In this document: one piece after another, positions 35,839 through 45,500 of the stretch
Position numbering within the stretch: the stretch's first letter is position 1
How the letters are laid out: every line of letters starts with the position of its first letter
Virus record (IMG/VR): IMGVR_UViG_3300027708_000033
Location: 32,001 to 96,000 of that record
Reading direction: 5' to 3' (one strand)
Source of the DNA: a virus
Length of the DNA stretch: 64,000 bases
Notes under the pieces: generated by a model
What the model was told of the DNA's origin: nothing
The model's input: only the letters and a program-made list of their open reading frames with translations
The model's database searches: none
Program-made: the position numbers and the translations under genes

Positions 35839-36558
35839 CTAGTCCTTTTTGTTGATGACACGGGCATACTTAAAGCCTGTGGCAGCGGATGCGGTAGTAG
35901 CAACTGGCTCATCTGCTTCATAGTTAGCCAAGTCGTCTGCTGTTAGTCCTTTGCTTTCTTTCTTATCAAAGAAGTCAACAAACTCTGGAGATACATACTC
36001 AATGTACATGTCGTCTAGCACGTCGCCGTTAGGGTCATCTAGAACTATCCATTTTCCATCCTTACGGATGTAAGTGACATCGGCTCCAGAATACACTAGA
36101 TAGGTGACTTTGCCGTCGTTGTCATACAAAGCGTACAGCTCTTCCGGGCCGTAATCTTTAGCTGATTCAGGAGCTACATCAGCAGTAATTTCATTCATAA
36201 AAATCTCCTCTAGCGCTTCAGCCGGCACGGCGGTACCAGTCATCGAAGCCCAAACTCCGTCTGAATCTTGGAACTTGCGTATTGTATAAATTGTACCTTG
36301 AGACTTAAATGTTATCTTTGAAGCAGATGCGTTTACCTTGAAGTCTTTAGCAGATTTTAGCGAGTATTCATTAGCACCTTCTACTCCACCAAGTCTAACA
36401 CTGACTTCGTCTGGTGATTCATAAAGGACCACTGCGTAGAGTGAGTGGTGGCCAAGTTCACCCTCACTATCTTTACCTTCTAGAACTAACGGGCCGTAAG
36501 CGTACTGTGTTTCAGTATCACTTAACTTCTTTTCAGTCATGTCCACTATTTGTGCCAT
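35839..36558 (-). CDS. Acidic hypothetical head-module protein
   Basis: RBS AAAGGA; between giant protein and protease; ends VATTASAAT. Confidence 0.75.
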   Translation of the reverse strand: MAQIVDMTEKKLSDTETQYAYGPLVLEGKDSEGELGHHSLYAVVLYESPDEVSVRLGGVEGANEYSLKSAKDFKVNASASKITFKSQGTIYTIRKFQDSDGVWASMTGTAVPAEALEEIFMNEITADVAPESAKDYGPEELYALYDNDGKVTYLVYSGADVTYIRKDGKWIVLDDPNGDVLDDMYIEYVSPEFVDFFDKKESKGLTADDLANYEADEPVATTASAATGFKYARVINKKD

Positions 36559-36572
36559 CTCAGTTCCTTTTC

Positions 36573-39500
36573 TTACTTCGTTGTGTTCTTAGCAGCTTTG
36601 TAGTCAGGGCCTGTCATAACTACTGCTTCTAGAGGACGACCACCAAGCTGGGTAATTCCCTTTTGGCGCAACTTTGTGATTACACGTGTACGCATGTCCT
36701 CGTCTTTAACCATTAGCACTGCAGCGTCATCGAAGCTTAGACGTCCTTTGAACATCACCTCGTAGCCGCCTGGGACAGCTTGGTCAATCGGGCTCTTACC
36801 TACACGCTTTCCAAACTGGTCTCCCTTGTTGGCCCAGAAGTCTAGTCGCTGGAAGGTTCGCTCTGCATCAAACCAGAGTCCAGGTAGGAGACTACTGTTC
36901 TCAGAGTCTGTGTTAGACTTTGGAGTAGTGAAGACGTAGTCAGCGCCGCCAGTTTCAATGTCTCGACTGCTAGACTGCCCAGACGTTGGGATACCTTCAC
37001 TCCAACGTACCGTGGTAGAAAGCAATCCACCTTGAGGAGTAGACACACGGTTAACGAAGTATTGCGCAACGCGGTCGCGTGCCTCTTCATCGGTTTCTCC
37101 TTGCTTAGCAGCTTGCATAGAGTAGCTGCTTCTTAAGGTGTGACGCAAAACTTTAATACCTGTCTTATTAGCAATCTTTTTTGCACTCTCTGGGTCAAGA
37201 CGCATCTCAATACGGCCACCTGCACCAGTAGTAATAGTTACGTTTTCAGGAGTAATTCCCCATGCGTCCTTGATTCTCTGAAGGCTTGCTGCGCGCTCAG
37301 AACCAGATGGGTTACTCTTCGGGTCAACCTTTTCATCTAGAATACTCATTAGGCGGTTTTCAATCAGAATCTTGGCGTCTTCCTTAGTGCTTGGACGCAC
37401 ATCCTGAACACCTCCTGTATTTAGCGCTAGTGCTAGACTTTCTGGAGTCGAGTCTTTCTTAGGCGCAATAATCATTACCTTGTTGTGGTAAGCTCTAGGA
37501 CCGTTTGAGCTGATTTTTGCTGAACCAGATGTGTGCTTAGTAGGAACGTCTGCACGAAGGAAGTGAATCTTAGTCCCGTCATCTAGAGTGATGATAAACG
37601 TTTGTCCATAGCCACTCTTGTATTTAGCACTACTTCCATTAAGAGACGGGACAAACGAGACTTTATCCCCGTCGACTAGGTTCTCAGGAACACTTAAGCC
37701 TGTAGTAGCTGAAACTCTAGGGTCGTTGTTCTGTATCATTTCTAGTAGTTTGTTTGCGAGCTCGTCGCCTGCCCAGCTAGTCAGCTTGTACTTCATAAGA
37801 TAGGCATCTTTACCGTCTGTGCCTGTAGCCGCCATGATTCGAAGGTCCAAGTCTTCAACAGCATCAGCGTCTAGAGCAATAGAACCTCCAGCAAGACCAG
37901 AACCAGGTGTAGATACCTTAGTCAGCAACTCTTGTAGAGAAGGTGCACCTTCAAAGCCTGACTTGTCCCAACCTAGCTGGTCAATTTGCTGTGGCTTTGC
38001 ACCGGCTCCGTTTTTTGGAACCGATAACTTACCAGATGGGGCCTTATTAGAGGTACCAGACTTAGTCGTGGCTCCAAAAGTAGGAAGGTTGTACTTGTCT
38101 GCATCAAGGTTCTTGAAGTATTTCTGTGCTACTTGGATGTTGTATATGTTCTTTTTATACTTAGTGTCCAACGCTGTTAGAGTGTTGGCTTTACGCTTCT
38201 TCATGCCGTCTGGATACGCAACTTTGATGTAGCCATCACTGCTATAGTTTTCTACGACAACACCAACATCGCCATTCTTGTCGACTACAAGATTCCTGAA
38301 CCCAATCTTCTTGCCATTCTTGTCTTCTAGTGCAGGACCTGTCACTGGAAGCATCGGCTCTGAGTTCTTCTCAAAGTCTAGGTCTGCGACACCAGCGTAG
38401 GCGGCAGCGATTCCAGGAGTGAGATACTTTCCAGTTGCTGTTACTGTGTCAGGTGCAACTGAATCTTGTGAACCATCTTCCCAAATCATACGCATCTTGT
38501 TCGGGTCGCCGTATCCAGGATTGCGGTAGACACCGACTCTGCCGTTCTCGTCCTTGACAATGGCGCCAGGCTTGATTAGAGTTCCCGCTGAGTCGGTCTT
38601 GATAGAGTCTTTGTCCGGGTTAGTTGGGTCAGTGATAGGCTGAATTTCAGGTGCATCTGTGACATCTGGCAGAGTCATGAAATCAAAGGTAAACTTCTTA
38701 GGACCTGACGGTTTAGCAGGCTCAGCTTTTACCTCAGGAGTACTTGGCTCAAAGTTGTTTGTTTCTAGTGCAGTTAGAGCCTCACTCTCTGCTTCATCAC
38801 GGTCCTCTATGTCCATGTGTATCTGACTGAAGTCTGGACCGTTGAGGTCATAGACTACGTCCCATGTACCATTATTGTTTTTGACAACAATAACTTTTGA
38901 TAGACTTCCGTCAGACTTACTGAACATAGTCATGTTTTCAGATTTCTGCGGAATGAAAGTCTCTGCACTAGGAGCGTTAGGAGCGTTAGGAGCAGGAGTA
39001 GGTGACACAGGTTCTCCGCCAGAGCCGTTAGACTTAATCTGGTTGATAGACATAATCTTGATGACTCCACCGCTGTCAGGCTTAACCTTGACGTAGTTCG
39101 GGTCTTTCTGGAACCCAACTATTGTTCCAGTAATACCGTTCTTGCTGTGGACAACTTTGCTGCCCATCTTTCCAGCTGTGCCGTCAGACAACTGAACTGC
39201 CTGGCCACCTTCATTTACAATTTTTGTGGCACTAACAAGTTTTGTCATAGCATCGTTTAGGTCTGAAGTACTTTCAATTTTCCAGCCTGCCTTGAAGTTT
39301 TGGACTTGGTACTCTTTACCGTCATCACTCACAGTCATCATAGCGACTGTTTCATCTTGCTCGTTCTTGACCATGATGAATCCAGTGTTACCAGCACCCT
39401 TTTCAGGTGAAGCCGTATAGCCGTCTGGTAGCTGTGACTGGATAGACTGAGCCGTATCAGTTCTAACTTTCTCATCAGCTAGGTTTAGAAGCGTAGATTC

Positions 39501-42500
39501 TGGTGCAGCGACTGGAGTAGTTGGAGTTTCAACTTTAGCGGTTGTGCCTCCCTTAGGGCTAATTGAGTCTGCTTGGCTCTCAAGCTCCTTGGCTCCTTCA
39601 ATGAGGTCTTGTATAGAGGAATCCTTTGTGCTCCACTCGGCTCCGTCTTCTCCTTCTGTTGAAGTTACTGCATCAACAAGTTCGTTGTACATTGCAGCAA
39701 GCTGGCGCAACTTCTTTGCACTCTCGTTAGTGTCTAAGTCTTTGCCTGACTTAATGTCATCTGCTATTTCACCTAGGTGAGACATAATCGACTCGCCAAT
39801 TCCCTTTGAGTCCCAGCTGTGTTGAGCTACTCCAGGGTCGTATTTTTCGTACGCGTTGTCAACTATTTTCTTGAGTGCGTCTCCTGTTATTGTGCTACTC
39901 GCTGACCCCTCCGAAGGCGCCTCTTCAGGCACATCGACTTCAGACGGCTTAAAGTTCTGGAGGGTGTAGTTCTTGCTAACTCCGTCTTCTTCACCAGTAA
40001 GGTTGATGTTGCCATTCTTAGGGTTAGTCCATACATAAGTAGGCGCGACAACACGCTCTTTGTCGTTGTACTTGAATGAAACTAGGTCACCGTTTTTGGC
40101 TGCATCTTCTAGCTGTGTCTTTAGACTATCGTTGTCGCCATTTACATCTAGCTTCTTAGTCTTGCCAGATGAACCGGCTTCAGGGTTCTTTTTCTTAGCC
40201 GGCTTGTCGCTTAGACCGAACTTGTCAAGGATGTACTGACGACGTGCTTTTAGCTTAGTCTTGAGTTCTTCCTGTTTAGCTGGGTCAGTGATAATTGAGT
40301 CTACTAGTTCATCTATCTGAGAAGTCGACAGGTTCTGAAGAACCTTTGCGCTTTCTAACTTCTGTTCATCACTCATCTGGCTGAAGACTTTTGCAGATGG
40401 ACGTGTGCTAGTCTTGTCTGTAAACGCATCTAGCTCTGGTACTTCTTCACCAAACGCGCCACCCTTTGGAGAACCTTGAGCACGGAACAAAAGCGCGCCA
40501 CCTGGGTCTACACGGACAGGTTCACCATTCTTATCTGTTACTACGTTGTCGTAGTCTAGACCAATTACATCCCAGTTAGCAAGCAATGCGTCAATTGCAA
40601 AGCCTTGCTGTAAACGAGCCATGTACTCTTTGTTATTGAGGTTCTTCTTTAGGTCTTGCTTTGCGCCATCAATCATCGGCGAGTAGGTCACATCTATGCC
40701 GTCGGCATCCTTGCCAGCTAACACCTTTGCAGATGAGATTCCAGCTGCGTCATAAATCGCTGAGGCTAAACGTTCGTTTTCACCGTGAAGCTGCGACTTA
40801 GGAGCCTTGACGTAAACCTGTTCACCTGTTGCTGGATTCTCAAAGGTTCCGCCTGGGTTTGAACCTTTTTGACCGCCGACCTTTTTCCATTTAGACAGGT
40901 CTAGGCTGCCAGCTTGCTCTTCCTTGATTGTGTCAACGGTAACAACGTTGTTCTTGTTTCCACCTTCTGCTGGAGTAAAACTATCTACAGAATCAGCAAG
41001 TTTCTTAATGTATTCGGTAAGAGCAACTGGTGCGCCTTCTTTGTAAAGTGCGTCGTGCAGTGAGTACAAATCTCCTGCAACAGCAATGCTGTTTGCACCA
41101 TCTGATTCATCTAGGCTATCTAGAAGATTCTGGATTACATTCTCGTTGCCGCTAACACCCTTTAGCATTGGCTCGTAGCCAATGTCTTGCTTGTCAAGAA
41201 TCATTGCAATACTCATGTCGGCACCAGTTACTAATGAACGACTACCTCCGGTTTCTGCTAGCAATTTATCACTGTTATCACTGCTGAATGGGTTCTTTAC
41301 CGTGTCTGTTGCTTGCTCAACTGGAGCTGGCTCTACAGGTGCGATTTCAGGTACTACCGACTTCTCATCAGCAATAACCTCGGCTTCTGTTTCAGGAGTA
41401 ACATCTTTCTGATTCCTGTTGAAAATTACTGTCTCACCATTAGGGAAACTAACTGCACTATATTTTCCAGACTGCGCTGCCCACTGTGCGATTAGGTGCT
41501 CAACAGGCTCAGCCATGCTGTTGCCGCTTGCCTTTTCTTCTTCACGCTTTTTCTGGATGTAGTCAAACGCACCGCTAGCCCTTGTAGCAGCTAGACCAGC
41601 CTTAGTTTCAAGTTCTTTCTTATCGTTCTTGTAGACGATGTTGAGCTGCCTTGAATACTCGAAAGCAGGAATCTCAACTTTTAGTTTTGCAATTTCCTTT
41701 GCGTCAGGGTGTGTTGCCCAATACTCGCTAGCCATGTACTCGCTCATGCCGTAGCCGTACTCAGCTACAAACATTGCACCTGGAATTCCCCACTGGCTGC
41801 CGCCTAGTGTGTCCTTACCTTCTGGGTTGAATCCATTTTCGATAATAGATTTTGCGTTTTCTGGAGTTGTCCAGTGGACTAGTTCTCCTGACTTGATGTC
41901 AGACCCATCCGTGATGATAGCAGCATAGTTCTTGTCAGGAGTTCCTGGCTTTCTAGCCTTCATGTCTGCTAGTAACTGTTCAGCTGCAGCCTTACCGTCA
42001 CTGATTTTATGGCCCTCGCCAAAGAACTTTTGTGCAATTACTTTGCCATTCTCATCTAGTAGCCTGGCAATTACTTCGTCTACCTTACCACCAACACCTC
42101 CGTTGTTTGAGCCTTGCTTATGGTGCCAAGTCTTAAGAGTGTAACCAGTTTCTGGGTCAGTAGCAATGACATCACCGTACCCGTCTATTTTCCAATCTGC
42201 AGCTGGAGCAGCTGGAGCCTCAGCAGGAACAACAATGTTAGCAGGTTCTGCCATCGTGTTCTCAAGCTCAGGATGATTCTCATAGAACTTTTTAATGAGT
42301 GCATCTTGAACTCTTTGAAGCTGCGCATTGCGCTGAGGCTTTACAGCTTTAGAAGTACGAGTTGCTGAGATTTCATCTATTACACGCTGAAGGTCTTCCT
42401 CATTACTAATCTTGCTAATGAGCTCACTTAGTGTGTCTCCATTGAATGCTTTTCCAAGCTCTTCATCGATTGCAGCAATAGTGCCATCAGGTAGTCTTTC

Positions 42501-45500
42501 ACTTACAGCAGAAAGGAACTCAATGTCAGGCTGTGCTTCAGTTGAAGCCTCGTTCTTGTCGAGTGCAGCGATACTACTCTTTAGCTCGCCGAATTTCTTC
42601 CATCGTGCCTTATCCAGTGCTGTTGGGAAGTCGACTGCCCAGCTGGTGTTGTACTCACCTTCACGGCTGTTCCAGTGTCCAGGTGATTTAGTGCGAAGCC
42701 AATCAAAAATCTCTTTTGACGGTGCGCCGGAGTTGATGAGCTTTGACAGGTCACCGTTCTCATTGTCGTATCCCTTTAGCGCATTTGTTACGAACTGAGG
42801 CTCGAAACCTTCAGGTGCAGCCGGAAGCCCGTACGCTGCATTAATAATCGCCCATTCTTCTGGTCTTTGCGATTCATCTGCTGAAATGTACTTATAGCCA
42901 GTCGCAAACCCTGTAGGCGACATCGTCTTGTACTCATTCTTGATTTGCTGCTTGTTTAACGCAGCAATGATGTCATCACCGTTGCGTAGAGTTCCATCTA
43001 GGATTCCGCTACGTACCGTGTTTTCAGGGTCATTGCTGTCTGAGATTAGTGAAACAAGATTGTCTAGTGCAGACTGGTGCTCTTCTTTTGAAAGTGGAGT
43101 TATGCTTGCTTGACCTTGCTTTAGAGCGTCTAGCTTATCACTCAGTGCTTTTGCTGTTTCTTCGCTCTTAGCTTTAGCATCTGCAGAAGACTGAGCCTCG
43201 CCCTCTGTTTTGTGGGCGTTTAGAGCTGAATTAAGAGATGTGCCTTCTTGACTGTAATCAGAGTACGATGAAGACGTGCCTTCCCAGTTTTTATTACCTT
43301 TGAGTAGGTCACGGATTTCCTGACTAGTAATCTCTCCACCATTTGCAGTCTTCTCGTCAATGCTACGACGAATAGAACCATCTAAGTCAAACGGTGCAAG
43401 TTTCTCCTTGATTTTTGCTAGCTCAGGGTTAGTGTGCTGGTTTAGTGGGTCGCTACCGTCGGTTAGAGCAACTTTGGCCTTTGGCAAAACTTTTAGTTCA
43501 TTGAACAAAGTATTGACACCGAACTTGTCAATTGAAGCAAGACGGTCCATGTAGCCTTGACGCTCTTCGCTAGTCATGACACGCTCACGTAGCATAGAGC
43601 GAATCATTTCTGTTTGCTTTTTGCTAGGTCTGTTTATAGGGGCTACAGTCGACTTTGTCGCAGGCAGCGGCTGTGAACCATTTGCCTTTCCTTCACCGAA
43701 CTTCTCAGCTGCGTCTAAGATATCTTTTTTAAGCTGGCTAGACTGCTCAGGGTTTAGGTAACTAAGCATCTTACCGATGTTGCTCTTTAGTTCACCTTCG
43801 CTGCTAAACAGGTCAAGAACATCTTGCTTAGTAGCTCCTCCAAAATCTATAGCGTCTCTTAGCTGGAACTCTAGGTCGTACGGAGCGACCAGCATCTTAA
43901 CTCTCTCTAGGAACGGGTCGCTATTTTTATTTAGCGGGTCTGTGCCTGGAGTAATTTGACTGCCCTTGCGAAATGGAAGCTTATACAACATGTTAATGAT
44001 GTTGCTAGCCTCGCCAACAGTAGTACCGTTGTCTAGACTGCGAAGAATCTCTTCTCTCTGTTCCGGAGGTAGGTCTTTTTTGTCGACCGTGGTTCTAATC
44101 GTGTGTAACTGTAGTTTTGATGCTCGCTCGCGGTTTATACCTGTCCATTTAGTAACACGGAGCGGGTCTTCATTAGGGTCACTGTAGGTCTTGCCGGTCA
44201 CTTCTTTGCCGACTATAAACTGGATTTTAGCTAGCGCAGAAGAGTTCTTCTCAGCGTTAAGCTGCTGGTCTTCTCCAGGTTTAGTGTATTTCCCTAGAGC
44301 TTCTATACCGGCATCGATGTCATCCATGGTAATCTCACCGACAATACCGTTAGCACTGTGTAGTTCTTCTTCTCTCCAAAATGGAAATGCTCTTGAGGCT
44401 CTTGCTAGTTCATTCTGCACGTCAGGATTACTCTGGTCCATGCTCTTTAGTTGTGTAATTCTCTGCTGCAGAGCTTCTCTAACTCTGGTTATTGCTTTGC
44501 TAGGAGCGTTCTGTAGCGGACCTGTTGACAACAACTCGTCGGTGCCGGTCTCTTTTTTGCTGGCTACAAACTTCTTTTCCTTAGGATTCCAGAATGTTCT
44601 CTTTTCTAGATTTCTTTGGGTAGGCCATCTAAACGGTTCAGCCGCTGCAGGTTTCGCAGTCTCAGATGCTGCAGCGTTAGAAGTAGAAACAACTTTTAGA
44701 GTGTTAGGCTCGTCTAGCACAGTTGTTTTTTTATCTTCAAACGTGATTCGGTCACCGGTGTCCATTGAAAACTTTTTAGCGACAGTACGACGTGAACCAT
44801 CTGGGAAGACAACGACATCGCCAACCTTGATTTCAGGGCCAGTCTTGTCAACAAGAGTCTCTTCTTGTGGAGTTGCCTTAGAGTCGGCTGCGTGAAGCTG
44901 CTGTAGAACACCAGCGGCTTCACCACGAGTCTTAGCGGAGGCTAAAGCATCCTTGGCTTTTGCAGCAATCTCAGGATTAGCAGAGTTAGAGAACTCTTCT
45001 AGAGCCTTTTTCTGGTTGTCTGTAGTCGGGTTATTAGGCGAGACAACATTCTTGAACTCAGCCATGCGTTCTTCATAACGCTTTTTCATTGCAGGGAAGT
45101 CTAGAAGACTGAGGTCTTTATTGTCTTCTTTTGCAGCGCGGTCAATGATTCTAGAAACCAAGTTGTAAGCATCTTCTGCATCACCGTCAGCTGAGTGCCA
45201 GTTAGCCGGTTCAAAGCCAAGGAAGTTAGCAACAGGACCTAGGCTAGTCGTGGCTTTGATTTCACCAGTCTTACGGTCAGGTGCCTTAGGACCGTCGGTT
45301 CCTGTTTCTGGGTCGTACTTAGGTAGAAGTGAAGCAAGGTCTTTAGAGTCGATGGTTCCAGCAATGTCCAGCTTTACGCCGGCATCGTCAGCCATACGCT
45401 TTAGAATCTCAACGTCGAAAGGAACGTTCTGACCGCCGAGAAGTGCGTTAGGGCCAATGAACGCCATAAACTCTTTAATAGCGTCGTCTTTACTCTTCTG

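Noticed and set aside
35838-35921. ORF-track N-terminal extension of the protease gene (similar extensions at 6590, 53559, 54099, 60796, 63796)
   Set aside because: They overlap upstream genes or promoters; downstream ATGs have proper RBSs
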